Shown in pieces: positions 29,917 through 39,921 of a DNA stretch of 64,000 bases. This DNA comes from a virus, in the IMG/VR virus record IMGVR_UViG_3300031463_000001, positions 32,001-96,000 of that record. One strand, 5' to 3'. The first letter of the stretch is position 1. Every line of letters starts with the position of its first letter. The notes under the pieces were generated by a model. It did not search any database and was not told where the DNA came from. It saw nothing but the letters and a program-made list of their open reading frames with translations. The position numbers and the translations under genes were made by a program.

Positions 29917-30355
29917 ATAGTGTGGGGTAATCTTTTTTGAATTCGTTAAATTTATTTATTTGTTTTAGAAAAGATAAGTATTCTTTAAGATGAGTACTTT
30001 TAATTATTAAATTTTCAGCTAAAGGAAATCTGTCTTTTAAAATAGTTTTAGCATAATCAAGTGACATTTGAGAATTTGAAGTAGCTATTATGTTTTCTAA
30101 TTCAATCCATCTTTCCTTTTTTACTTTAATTAAATAATCAAAAGCTAATATGCTAAACTTTACCAAAATTTGTTCTTTTTCTGGTGGTAACTTTATTTTT
30201 TTATAAATAGCTACCCTATAAATGATTTCAGGATCTTCAATATTTTTTATCAATTTTAAAAGAGTTTTTTTTGATAATCTCATAATTAAATCATAATTAT
30301 TTCGAAGTTCTTGTTCTATTAGTTGAGGATTCTTTAATAAGTTAGATAGATTCAT
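29900..30355 (-). CDS. Divergent 26-aa repeat family protein
   Basis: MNLSNLLKNP, YAKTILKDRFPLAE, INKFNEFKKDYP. Confidence 0.8.
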   Translation of the reverse strand: MNLSNLLKNPQLIEQELRNNYDLIMRLSKKTLLKLIKNIEDPEIIYRVAIYKKIKLPPEKEQILVKFSILAFDYLIKVKKERWIELENIIATSNSQMSLDYAKTILKDRFPLAENLIIKSTHLKEYLSFLKQINKFNEFKKDYPTLFVDEQ

Positions 30356-30393
30356 ATAATTTATTACAACAATATTTAAAATTATTTACCCGA

Positions 30394-30597
30394 TTAATCT
30401 TTAGAGTACAAAAGATTTTTCAAATCCTCAAAAAACTTATTTTCTAGATTAGGAAATCGTTTCTTTATTTCGTTTATATTTGAATTAATTAAAACATTTC
30501 TGATTTGGCGAGCTAGTAAAAAAGATCCATAAACATCCATTTCATTATATCTTAAAAGAATATTTGCGATATCTAAAAGAGAAATTTCATTTTTCAT
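30394..30597 (-). CDS. Hypothetical protein
   Basis: 67-aa ORF with GAGGAG RBS. Confidence 0.5.
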   Translation of the reverse strand: MKNEISLLDIANILLRYNEMDVYGSFLLARQIRNVLINSNINEIKKRFPNLENKFFEDLKNLLYSKD

Positions 30598-30600
30598 TAA

Positions 30601-31152
30601 TTACTCCTCTTTTAATGTTTCTAACAACAAATCGTATACATCCAAATCAATATCTTTCCATCTAGAATTCCAAGGTTGAGGAAACAAGATTCCCTTTCCT
30701 TTTTTTATTTTATTTATTTCCTCATCACTATCATCAATCAGTATTATATCTTCGTTATCTATTATATCTTTATGAGATGTAGTTAAAATAATATTTTTAG
30801 AAAAACCTGGAAAGTTTTTAGCAATTCCTTTATATTTTCCACTAAATGAATATGGCATACCTACAATAGGTTTACTAAGAAAGAATACTGAATCCTTACC
30901 TATTTTTTTTACTACCATATTAAAGAGTTCTTTTCCTTTTGGATTTGTTTTAAGATTTTCCCAAAAGGATTCTTCTCTTAATAAGGAGAAAATTTTGGAT
31001 TGGGGAATTTTATATTTGGATTCAAAATAAGGAAAAATGTCATATGTTCCTTTTGGAAATGGATAGGGGTCAATTTCAAGATGAAATTTTTCAAACAAAC
31101 TTTCTACGAAATTAAATAAAACTCCATCTAAGTCAAAAAATACTTTCATCAT
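30601..31152 (-). CDS. 5'(3')-deoxyribonucleotidase, HAD superfamily
   Basis: FFDLDGVL (DxDGV), FW..L, LIDDS, LFPQPWN motifs of NT5C-type phage enzymes. Confidence 0.85.
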   Translation of the reverse strand: MMKVFFDLDGVLFNFVESLFEKFHLEIDPYPFPKGTYDIFPYFESKYKIPQSKIFSLLREESFWENLKTNPKGKELFNMVVKKIGKDSVFFLSKPIVGMPYSFSGKYKGIAKNFPGFSKNIILTTSHKDIIDNEDIILIDDSDEEINKIKKGKGILFPQPWNSRWKDIDLDVYDLLLETLKEE

Positions 31153-32265
31153 CTACCTCTTGACTAAGTCGATAGGCTTGCCTGTTTGTTTAAGGAGCTC
31201 AGACTGGTTAGAATGATTCGGTAACCCATCTTGAGATGAAAATCCCAAAATGTTTCTAGCTCCATTTAAATCTGCATTTAATTTTCTCCCACAAGATTTA
31301 CATATTAGTAAGTTTTGTTTTGGTCTATAAGTATCTAGAGAGCCACATAAACCACAAGTCTTACTAGTGTTTTTTGGATTGATGTACTTAACTTGTATCC
31401 CATTTAGTTTGCATTTATATTCTAGAAAAGTTTGAAACATCTTAAAAGGAAATACGTTATTGATTAAATAATTTCCATTTTTTCCTTTAGATGTACCTTC
31501 TTTTCTAGAACTTGACTTTCGAATATTAGTTAAATTCTCTAGTATAATTTGAGAACCTCCCATTTCTATTAGATACTTAACTAATTCGGAAGTCATTTTG
31601 TGGAAGAAATTTTTAGAATATTTTTCAATTTTATCCTTTTGTTTATGTTTTCTGTACTCCATTTTCTTATGAACATATTGCTTTAAATTAAAACGTTTAC
31701 CATTAGAAAGAGTTATATTTTTTATATTTATGTCTATTCCTAACCTTTGATTTCCTTTAACATTGTTATTCTCTTCTACTTCACAAATAAAATATATTCT
31801 CCAATCTTTATTTATTTTCTTTATTTGTATTTCTTTTATTGAAATTACTTCTTTTAATTTGTTAATAGTTCTTAATCCTTCTAGAGGATAATTTCGTTTA
31901 CAAAATCGTATCCAAGCATTATAGTATCCCTCTTTAAATTCTATGTTAAAATTTTGGTAATCAAAAATTAAAGGAATGTTTAACTTTTTGACTTTGTAGA
32001 GTTTTCGTGCTTTAACAGAAGATAATACTTTATCTCTAATATGTTGTATTAATTTAGAATACAGAAAAGGATATTTAGATTTTATTTTTTTATAGGTAGC
32101 TTTATGTATTTCTGACTTTCTATACTCTTTATTTGCCTTTATATACCAAAGGATATATCTAGACACTATTTGTGTATACTTATATTGTTGTTCGAGAAAC
32201 TCTAGTTTCTCTTTGTTTCCTTTTAGGTTACAATAATATGTTAACCTTACCATATATCTTTTCAC
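31153..32265 (-). CDS. tnpB: TnpB-family RNA-guided nuclease (IS200/IS605/IS607-type), no transposase adjacent
   Basis: RuvC-I LGIDIN, RuvC-II IILENL, zinc finger TSKTCGLCG...CKSCG, RuvC-III NADLNGARNI. Confidence 0.9.
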   Translation of the reverse strand: MKRYMVRLTYYCNLKGNKEKLEFLEQQYKYTQIVSRYILWYIKANKEYRKSEIHKATYKKIKSKYPFLYSKLIQHIRDKVLSSVKARKLYKVKKLNIPLIFDYQNFNIEFKEGYYNAWIRFCKRNYPLEGLRTINKLKEVISIKEIQIKKINKDWRIYFICEVEENNNVKGNQRLGIDINIKNITLSNGKRFNLKQYVHKKMEYRKHKQKDKIEKYSKNFFHKMTSELVKYLIEMGGSQIILENLTNIRKSSSRKEGTSKGKNGNYLINNVFPFKMFQTFLEYKCKLNGIQVKYINPKNTSKTCGLCGSLDTYRPKQNLLICKSCGRKLNADLNGARNILGFSSQDGLPNHSNQSELLKQTGKPIDLVKR

Positions 32266-32311
32266 TATATTATACTCGTATTGATATTATATATAATCAA
32301 ACTTTACAAGT

Positions 32312-32578
32312 TTATTTAGTTTTTGTTCTTTTATCTTTTTGTAAACCCCAATATAACAAAACCGAATAAACTATTAAATCAAGCATATTATCTTCTACAG
32401 ATTCAAATTTAGGATTTTTATTATTCCAAAATAAATTTTTAAGTCTTTCTACTTTGTTATACACATAAACAAATACTCCCTTAGAACCTAACATGTACCA
32501 AGAATCACCATAATCTTTTCCTTTTTCTTTATACAATTTATAAACCTTATCTAGTATTTCTTTAAATTCATCTTTCAT
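32312..32578 (-). CDS. Nucleotide-modification-associated domain protein (DUF1599-like)
   Basis: KGKDYGDSW...KVERLKNL...ESVEDNMLDLIVYS signature. Confidence 0.75.
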   Translation of the reverse strand: MKDEFKEILDKVYKLYKEKGKDYGDSWYMLGSKGVFVYVYNKVERLKNLFWNNKNPKFESVEDNMLDLIVYSVLLYWGLQKDKRTKTK

Positions 32579-32786
32579 TAGTTTTCTCCTCTTCTAATTC
32601 TTGCATTATTTGAGTTATTTCGTCATTATTTAATCTATACAAATCAAACGTGCTTCCGATTTTTATAACAAGAAGTAATTTAAGTTTAAGGTCTTGAGTA
32701 GTTTTAAGTTGATTAAAATCAGATTTAATCATTCTCTTAACTCCTTCTAGATATACCTTATTCGCATATTCTATTGCTTCAATCAT
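32568..32786 (-). CDS. Hypothetical protein
   Basis: 72-aa ORF coupled to the downstream gene. Confidence 0.5.
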   Translation of the reverse strand: MIEAIEYANKVYLEGVKRMIKSDFNQLKTTQDLKLKLLLVIKIGSTFDLYRLNNDEITQIMQELEEEKTNER

Positions 32787-32993
32787 ATTTTATATACAAA
32801 CCTTCCTTTTTTTAATCACCACAGGTAAACTTTTTTCTTTTTTAAGTAAAAAGAATTAATTTTTATTACATCTATTTTTTTACCATCCAAGTAAAGTTTA
32901 ACAGTAGGAAATAAATTATCATTCCACAATATTTTTCCAATATAACTTTTTCCTTTCCATACAATATCAATTTTTCTTTTTTTCATAAACTCC

Positions 32994-33269
32994 TCATTCT
33001 TTTTTAGAATTCATATCACTCCAACATTTAGCACATAAATGCATATCATGATCTTTATCATAAAAATAAGTTTTTTTACCACAAAAAGTACAATAGGTTT
33101 CTTTATTTGTATCAATTAAAGTATCCACTTCAAATTTCTCAAAATTTTCATCATATGTAGTAACATCAATTTTTATACCTAAATAAGCTAGATCAATATT
33201 ATATTTTTCGGCAAACTTTTCAATAGTTTTCTCAAACTCTTTTTTAAGATTATTTAATTCATCATGCAT
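32994..33269 (-). CDS. Hypothetical protein with C-terminal zinc finger
   Basis: CTFCG...LCAKC; GGAGGT RBS. Confidence 0.55.
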   Translation of the reverse strand: MHDELNNLKKEFEKTIEKFAEKYNIDLAYLGIKIDVTTYDENFEKFEVDTLIDTNKETYCTFCGKKTYFYDKDHDMHLCAKCWSDMNSKKE

Positions 33270-34689
33270 ATGGATACACCTCCTTATTTAAATCCAAAGT
33301 AACTTTGATAGGTTTATTTTTTATTTCTTTTTTTACTTTAAAAGTTCCTGGATCTTTTTCACCTAACATTTTAAAAGCAGCTAATCTAAATTGACAACAT
33401 CCACATTCACCACAACTTATTATTTTGTTATTTTCAATTTTTGGATAATAGCATGAGGTAACATATTCATATGGTACACCTAGTTTTAATCCTAAACTTA
33501 CTATTTCGTGTTTTATGAGATGAATAAGAGGAGCTTTAAATCTAACATTAGTATACCAATTTAAAGAATATTTCAAAGTTTTATCAAGTGAATCAATAAA
33601 AGTAATATTGTTATCTGGATATGCTATTCCATCCATTTGTTGAGCTCCCAATGCTACAGTATCAATTTTATTCATTTCAGCCAATGCAGCTGCAATAGAA
33701 GCAAAAATCATATTTCGGTTTGGAACATATGATAAAGTAGATTCAGCATCTTTTATTTTTAATTTAGGATTAGCTTTCTTTTGGCTTAATAAAAGTGATG
33801 CATTTTTGAAAGGTTTAAATAAAGGTCGAGCATCATAAATCATTAAAGGAGCCTTTAAATGCTGAGCAATTTTTTTAACTGAAAATGTTTCTGCTTTTTC
33901 TGCTGCTTGTCCATAATTAAAATGCAAAAGATTCACTTGGTATCCTATATAATTATAGAGATAAGCAGTAGTAGTACTATCTATTCCTCCACTACAAATT
34001 ACTAAAACTTTTTTATTTGGTTCTCTTCTAAATAATGAGAAACTATCTATTTTTTCATTTTGATATCTAAATAAAGTGTATGGAGGTACTTCTTTTATAT
34101 CGTTGTTATATTTTGAAAACATTTCTTTTAAAGAAGCTATAATTATTCCATTTCTAGAAGTAATTACATAATGGAGAGGCATAAAATTACTTCCCCACCA
34201 CAAACTTTTATCTTTTAAATTGTAAGCTATTATTGCATAACTTCCTTCAATTTCTTTTAATCCCTCAATTATTCCTTTAATAGAAAATAAAGAAGGTAAG
34301 ATAGAGGAATCAACTTTAGATTCAGTTTTAATTTTATATTTTTTTCTTAATTCTAAATCATTACTAATTCCACCGTTATGAACTACTATCCACTCATCAT
34401 TTTGAAATGGTTGAAGATTAATAATGGAATCTCCTGCTCCTTGCATATATTCAATTTCAGGCATTGCTCTACTATTACCTAGAATGACTTTATTATGAAA
34501 AGATATTTCAGATAATCTTTCTTTTATAGGATTTATTTCTTTATCTTGAATTTTTGTGAAATAACTATTATCCAAAGACTTTATTAGAATACCAAATCCA
34601 TCTCTTCCTCTTATCCTTAAATTATCTATCATTTGAATTATAGTTTCTTCTTTCTCGTCTACTCTATAAAATCCTACTATCCCACACAT
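33262..34689 (-). CDS. queC: Gat-QueC fusion (class II glutamine amidotransferase + 7-cyano-7-deazaguanine synthase)
   Basis: MCGIVG (Ntn Cys), RGRDGFG, HNG, DS; then CSGGIDS, F.YGQ, YVPNRN, YPD, SCY...CGECGCCQFR. Confidence 0.9.
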   Translation of the reverse strand: MCGIVGFYRVDEKEETIIQMIDNLRIRGRDGFGILIKSLDNSYFTKIQDKEINPIKERLSEISFHNKVILGNSRAMPEIEYMQGAGDSIINLQPFQNDEWIVVHNGGISNDLELRKKYKIKTESKVDSSILPSLFSIKGIIEGLKEIEGSYAIIAYNLKDKSLWWGSNFMPLHYVITSRNGIIIASLKEMFSKYNNDIKEVPPYTLFRYQNEKIDSFSLFRREPNKKVLVICSGGIDSTTTAYLYNYIGYQVNLLHFNYGQAAEKAETFSVKKIAQHLKAPLMIYDARPLFKPFKNASLLLSQKKANPKLKIKDAESTLSYVPNRNMIFASIAAALAEMNKIDTVALGAQQMDGIAYPDNNITFIDSLDKTLKYSLNWYTNVRFKAPLIHLIKHEIVSLGLKLGVPYEYVTSCYYPKIENNKIISCGECGCCQFRLAAFKMLGEKDPGTFKVKKEIKNKPIKVTLDLNKEVYPYA

Positions 34690-34746
34690 GAGAATTTCTC
34701 CTTAGTTATTATTACTTCTTTTTTCTTTTTTATTTACCCACTATAA

Positions 34747-35919
34747 TTAAAACAATGACTCAGGTAAATCAATATCTGCTTCTTCAATTTCTCCAGATTG
34801 AGGTTTTATTCTTTTTTCTTTTTTAGATTTTTCTGTTTCTTCTTCCATCATTAAATTTTCATATTGATTTATTGATTTTAGAAACTCTAAATATTCTTTC
34901 CAACTTTCAATATCTCCTTTTATATAAGGTTCCCAAGAACGTTTTCTATCTTTAAGAACATTTTTAATATATTGGACAGCCCAATAAGGATTTTTCTTTA
35001 TAATGTCTTCTCCTTTAGGAAATGGTCCTTTTAATATTTCTGTTGCATATCTATAAGAAAGTTCAGGATTTTGAGCAATTATATCTTCTCCCTCAGGAAA
35101 AGGTTCTTTGAAAAGTTCTGCATATCTAAATGCATTCTCTGGAGTAGAAGTAAATATATGTTTATATTGAAAGGGAGCAAAAGTTATTTCTTCTATATAC
35201 CTAAAAGCAAGTTCAATATCTTGGGCAATAATTATTTCACCTTCAGGAAATGGGCCCTTTAAAATATCTTTAGCATAATTAAAAACATTTATTGGTGAGG
35301 TTGAATAAGGAGCAAGTAAATTAGCTTTTTCTATATCTTTATTTTCTAGAGCTTCTTGAAATTCTTTTTCAAGTTGGGATGAATTTGTTAATAAAGTTTT
35401 TAATGTAGGATCATTTAATTCAGGATGATCTTTATAAAACTCATTAAGTTTTCCCATTTTTTTAAGATTTTCTATATAGTCATATAAAACTTCTTTATTC
35501 TTAATAATAGCTTTTTCACCCTCTTTAAATCTAAACCAAAATATTGTCGCATAATAATATGAATAAACTCCGCTAGAAGCAATAGCTGGTTCGCCTGGAG
35601 GCCATTTACGGTGTATGACATCTTTAGCATAAAGATAGCTATATTTACTACTTTTCATTATTTCTTTTTCACCTAATGGAAATCTTTCTCTTAATACTTT
35701 ACGTGCATATTCATAACTTGTATCTGGACGAGAGGCTACAATTAATTCCTTTTTATAAGGAAGAGATTTTTGATTTTTTATGGCATAATTTAAAAGATTA
35801 TAAGGATCTTTAGAATACATATAAAGTTTATCCATCATTAACTCATCATTAGTTTCTATAGTTTTTTTAAAAACGTCCTCTAATTTATTTGGATCTTTTA
35901 ACAAATCTTCTATATTCAT
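34747..35919 (-). CDS. Double (fused tandem) 26-aa repeat family protein
   Basis: Two family units joined at LNEFYKDHPELNDPTLKTLLTNS; acidic tail. Confidence 0.85.
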   Translation of the reverse strand: MNIEDLLKDPNKLEDVFKKTIETNDELMMDKLYMYSKDPYNLLNYAIKNQKSLPYKKELIVASRPDTSYEYARKVLRERFPLGEKEIMKSSKYSYLYAKDVIHRKWPPGEPAIASSGVYSYYYATIFWFRFKEGEKAIIKNKEVLYDYIENLKKMGKLNEFYKDHPELNDPTLKTLLTNSSQLEKEFQEALENKDIEKANLLAPYSTSPINVFNYAKDILKGPFPEGEIIIAQDIELAFRYIEEITFAPFQYKHIFTSTPENAFRYAELFKEPFPEGEDIIAQNPELSYRYATEILKGPFPKGEDIIKKNPYWAVQYIKNVLKDRKRSWEPYIKGDIESWKEYLEFLKSINQYENLMMEEETEKSKKEKRIKPQSGEIEEADIDLPESLF

Positions 35920-36587
35920 ATTTTAACCTCTGGATGATCTTTTAAGAATTCATCTAATTTGTTTATGCTTTTAAGAAACTCAACATAAGGTTCTAACCAA
36001 TCTGAATTTATTATAGCATCCTCTCCTTTAATAAATCTATCTTTTAACACATCTTTAGCATAAAGATAAGAAGATTCTGGATCTTTAGCAATAGCATCTT
36101 CTCCTTTTGGAAAAGGACCTTTTAACACATTTTTAGCATAAAGATAAGAAGTATAATAATATTGAGCAATAGCATCCTCTCCTTTTGGAAAGGGACCATG
36201 TAAGACATTATAAGCATAAAGATAAGAAGCAGAATCACCTTGGGCAATAGCATCCTCACCTTTAGGCCACGGTTTATGTAAAACACTTCTAGCATACATA
36301 GCTGCATGGTCAGGATTTTGAGAAATGACATCTTCTCCTTTAGGAAAAGGTTTATGCAAAATTTCCATAGCATAATAGATAGCACTTTGTGAATTTCTAG
36401 CAATTATATCTTCCCATTCATCTTTAATTTTTCCTTTAACTATTTCATGTGCATACCTATAAGTCAACCATGGATCTTTGACTATTGGAACTAACATTTC
36501 TGCTAATTTTTTATTTTTATCTTCAAGGGCATCTTCTAATAATTCTTTAACTTTATTAGGATCTTTTAATAAATCTGAAATGTTCAT
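35916..36587 (-). CDS. 26-aa repeat family protein (longest single unit)
   Basis: Four internal xP(F/W)PKGED repeats between caps. Confidence 0.9.
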   Translation of the reverse strand: MNISDLLKDPNKVKELLEDALEDKNKKLAEMLVPIVKDPWLTYRYAHEIVKGKIKDEWEDIIARNSQSAIYYAMEILHKPFPKGEDVISQNPDHAAMYARSVLHKPWPKGEDAIAQGDSASYLYAYNVLHGPFPKGEDAIAQYYYTSYLYAKNVLKGPFPKGEDAIAKDPESSYLYAKDVLKDRFIKGEDAIINSDWLEPYVEFLKSINKLDEFLKDHPEVKI

Positions 36588-36640
36588 TCTTCCTTTTTAT
36601 AAAATCAAAAACTACATTTATGAATTATGTTTTTCTTTAA

Positions 36641-37084
36641 CTATACTTTATCTTTTACCTCTGGATGATCTTTTAAGAACTCATCTAGTTTACCTATCTC
36701 TTTTAAGAAATTAACATAATTATCTAACCAAATTGACTTTATTATTGTTTTTTCTCCTTTAATGAATCTATCTCTCAAAATATTCTCTGCATAATAAAAT
36801 CCCACTATAGCATCTTTGGACATAATATCCTCACCTTTAGGAAAGGGATCTCTTATAACATCTCTGACATACCAATAAGTCACATCTGCATCTTGGATAA
36901 TGATATCTTCCCACTCATCTTTAATTTTACTTTTAACTATATCTCTAGCATATTTATAAGTTAACCTTGGATCTTTAACTATAGGAATTAAAGTTTCTGC
37001 TACTTCTTTATTTTCCTTGTCAATAGCTTTTTCCAAAACTTTTATTACTTTATCTTTATTTTTTAACAGATCAGATATATTCAT
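36641..37084 (-). CDS. 26-aa repeat family protein
   Basis: Family caps and repeats. Confidence 0.9.
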   Translation of the reverse strand: MNISDLLKNKDKVIKVLEKAIDKENKEVAETLIPIVKDPRLTYKYARDIVKSKIKDEWEDIIIQDADVTYWYVRDVIRDPFPKGEDIMSKDAIVGFYYAENILRDRFIKGEKTIIKSIWLDNYVNFLKEIGKLDEFLKDHPEVKDKV

Positions 37085-37672
37085 ATTTTAACCTTTGGAT
37101 AATCTTTATAGAACTCATTTAGTTTACCTCGTGATTTAAGAAAGCTGATATACTCTTTACGATAATTTCTAATAATAGCCCCTTCACCTTTAATGAATCT
37201 ATCTTTTAATACATTTGTAGCATAATAATAAGAATAATAAGCATTTAAAGCAATAGTATTTTCTCCTTTAATGAATCTATCTTTTAGCACATCTTGAGCA
37301 TAATGATATGAACAAAAAACATCCCTAGCAATAGCATTCTCCCCTTTAGGGAATGGTTTCTGTAAAACCTTTTTTGCATATACATAAGAATATTCATAAT
37401 CTTGAGCAATAGCCTCCTCTCCTTTAAGGAATGGTCCATGTAAAACATAGTTAGCATAATAGTATGAATTTTGTGAATCCTGAGCAATAATATCTTCCCA
37501 CTCATCTTTAATTTTACCTTTAACTATATCACTTAGCATATAAATAAGTTAACCTTGGATCTTTGGCTAGTGGAATTAAAGTTTCTGCTAATTCTTTATT
37601 TTTCTTATCAATAGCCATTCTTAATACTTTATTAACTTTATCAGAATCTTTTAACAAATCCACTATATTCAT
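37081..37672 (-). pseudogene. Frameshifted repeat family gene
   Basis: ATG 37672 MNIVDLLKDS...LTYLYAK then TGA (37529-37531) caused by one extra base (GCT AAG T GAT ATA GTT); the remainder continues in the 37081-37539 ORF. Confidence 0.8.
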
Positions 37673-38187
37673 AATTTAACCTCTGGATGATCTTTTAAGA
37701 ACTCATTTAATTTATTTATCTCTTTTAAGAAATTAACATAATCAGTCAAATAAAGAAGATCACTAATTATAATCTTCTCACCTTTAATGAATCTATCCTT
37801 TAAAATTTTTCTAGCATACAAATATGACTCAGTAGCAAAATGGGAGATAACCTCTTCCCCTTTAGGAAAGGGACCTTTTAAAATATTCTCAGCATAATTA
37901 AGAGCATTTATATGATCGCTAGCAATAGCCTCTTCTCCTTTAGGCCACGGACCTTTTATAATTTTAGCAACATACATATGAGTGACATGAGTGTTTTGAA
38001 TAATGATATCTTCCCACTCTTCCTTTACTCTACCTTTAACTATTCTTTCTGCATAACGTTCTACCAACCATGGATTTTTGACTATTGGGATTAAAGCTTC
38101 GGCTAATTCTTTATTTTTCTTATTAATAGCGTCTTCCAAAATTTCTCTTGTTTTATTTGGATCTTTTAACAAATCCACTATATTCAT
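37669..38187 (-). CDS. 26-aa repeat family protein
   Basis: Family caps and repeats. Confidence 0.9.
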   Translation of the reverse strand: MNIVDLLKDPNKTREILEDAINKKNKELAEALIPIVKNPWLVERYAERIVKGRVKEEWEDIIIQNTHVTHMYVAKIIKGPWPKGEEAIASDHINALNYAENILKGPFPKGEEVISHFATESYLYARKILKDRFIKGEKIIISDLLYLTDYVNFLKEINKLNEFLKDHPEVKL

Positions 38188-38540
38188 AATTTAACCTCTG
38201 GATGATCTTTTAAGAACTCATCTAATTTATTTATTTCTTTAAGAAAATCCACATACTCATTTAACCACATTGACTTTATTATTACACCTTCTCCTTTAAT
38301 AAAAGGTTTATGTAAAATGTCTATAGCATAGGAACAAGAACTTTGCGGATCTTGAGCAATAATATTTTCCCACTCATCTTTAACTGGTTTTTTTATTAGG
38401 TAAGCATAACCATAAGTAAGCCAAGGATCTTTGGCCACTGGAACCAACAATTCGGCTAATTCTTTATTTTTATCTGCAAGGGCATCTTCTAATATTTCTC
38501 TAGCTTTATCAGAATCTTTTAACAAATCCTCTATATTCAT
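38184..38540 (-). CDS. 26-aa repeat family protein, minimal form (118 aa)
   Basis: N-cap joined almost directly to C-cap. Confidence 0.9.
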   Translation of the reverse strand: MNIEDLLKDSDKAREILEDALADKNKELAELLVPVAKDPWLTYGYAYLIKKPVKDEWENIIAQDPQSSCSYAIDILHKPFIKGEGVIIKSMWLNEYVDFLKEINKLDEFLKDHPEVKL

Positions 38541-39052
38541 AATTTAACCTCTGGATGATCTTTTAAGAACTTATTTAATTTATGTTTCCTTTTAAGAAAC
38601 CAAACATAATCATCCAACCAAATTGACTTTATTATTACATTTTCTCCTTTAACAAATCTACCCTTTGATACATCCTTAGCATAATAATAAGAATAATAAG
38701 GATCTCTAGCAATAACATCCTCTCCTCTAATAAAAGGTTTATGTAAAACGTCTTTTGCATATATATAAGAATATTCAGAATTTTGAGCAATAGCATCTTC
38801 TCCTTTAGGCCAAGGTCCATGTAAAATATCTCTAGCATAATAGCAAGAACTCCATGGGTCGTGAGCAATGATATCCTCCCATTCATTTTTGATTTTTCCT
38901 CCAACTATTTTTCTAGCATATAAATGAGTTAAATAAGAATCTTTGACGATTGGAATTAGAGCCTCAGCCAATTCTTTATTTTTATTTACTAATGCATATT
39001 TCAAAACTTCTCTAGCTTTATTTGAATCTTTTAACAAATCCACTATATTCAT
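38537..39052 (-). CDS. 26-aa repeat family protein
   Basis: Family caps and repeats. Confidence 0.9.
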   Translation of the reverse strand: MNIVDLLKDSNKAREVLKYALVNKNKELAEALIPIVKDSYLTHLYARKIVGGKIKNEWEDIIAHDPWSSCYYARDILHGPWPKGEDAIAQNSEYSYIYAKDVLHKPFIRGEDVIARDPYYSYYYAKDVSKGRFVKGENVIIKSIWLDDYVWFLKRKHKLNKFLKDHPEVKL

Positions 39053-39487
39053 AATTTAACCTCTGGATGATCTTTTAAGAACTCATCTAGTTTACCTATT
39101 TCTTTAAGAAACTTAATATACACATTTAACCACCTTGACTTTATTATTACACTCTCTCCTTTAATGAATCTTCTTTTTAATATATCTATAGCATAATAAT
39201 AAGAATGCCATGGATCTCTAGCAATAACATCCTCTCCTTTAATAAAAGGTTTATGTAAAACAGTATAAGCATAAGCATATTGCGGAATCAATATCTTGGG
39301 CAATTATATCTTCCCACTCATCCTTAATTTTACCTTTAACTATTTCTCTAACATATAAATAAGTTAAATAAGGATGTTTGGCTATAGGAATTAACATTTC
39401 AGCTAATTCTTTATTTTTATTTTCAATAGCCATTTCTAATGCTTCCTCTAATTTATTTGGATCTTTTAATAAATCTACTATATTCAT
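39049..39487 (-). pseudogene. Frameshifted repeat family gene
   Basis: N-half in ORF 39251-39487, C-half in ORF 39049-39303; frame break near 39275-39283 in a TATGCT-TATGCT-TAT micro-repeat. Confidence 0.8.
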
Positions 39488-39921
39488 ATAGCCTCTGGAT
39501 GATCTTTTAAGAACTCTTCTAATTTATTTATTTTACTAAGAAACGTCTTATATTTATTCAACCAAAACTCCTTACTTACGATAACCTCTTCTCCCTCAAT
39601 GAATCTACCTTTTAGAATTTCTTTAGCATAACTATATGAGTATCCATCATTTTTAGCAAAAATCTTTTCACCTTTAGGGAATGGTCCTTTTAAAACATTA
39701 TACGCATAGGCATAGGACATATATATGCTTTGAATAAGTATATCTTCCCACTCATCTTTGATTTTTCCTTTAACTATATTACCTGCATAATAATAAGTTA
39801 ACCAAGGATCTTTAACTATAGGAATCAATATCTCGGCTAATTTTTTGTTTTTATCATCAATGATTTTTTCTAATACTTTTTTGACTTTATTCGAATCTTT
39901 TAATAAATCTTCTATGTTCAT
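39484..39921 (-). CDS. 26-aa repeat family protein (first of array 2)
   Basis: Family caps and repeats. Confidence 0.9.
   Translation of the reverse strand: MNIEDLLKDSNKVKKVLEKIIDDKNKKLAEILIPIVKDPWLTYYYAGNIVKGKIKDEWEDILIQSIYMSYAYAYNVLKGPFPKGEKIFAKNDGYSYSYAKEILKGRFIEGEEVIVSKEFWLNKYKTFLSKINKLEEFLKDHPEAI

Noticed and set aside
31153-32265. Cas12f-type CRISPR effector
   Set aside because: No CRISPR array or cas genes nearby; size and motifs fit TnpB
35894-39500. Regularly recurring ~60-bp repeats resembling a CRISPR or attC array
   Set aside because: The repeats are coding gene junctions separated by 350-670 bp of paralogous ORF; they are not palindromic like attC, and no cas or integrase gene is present in the window
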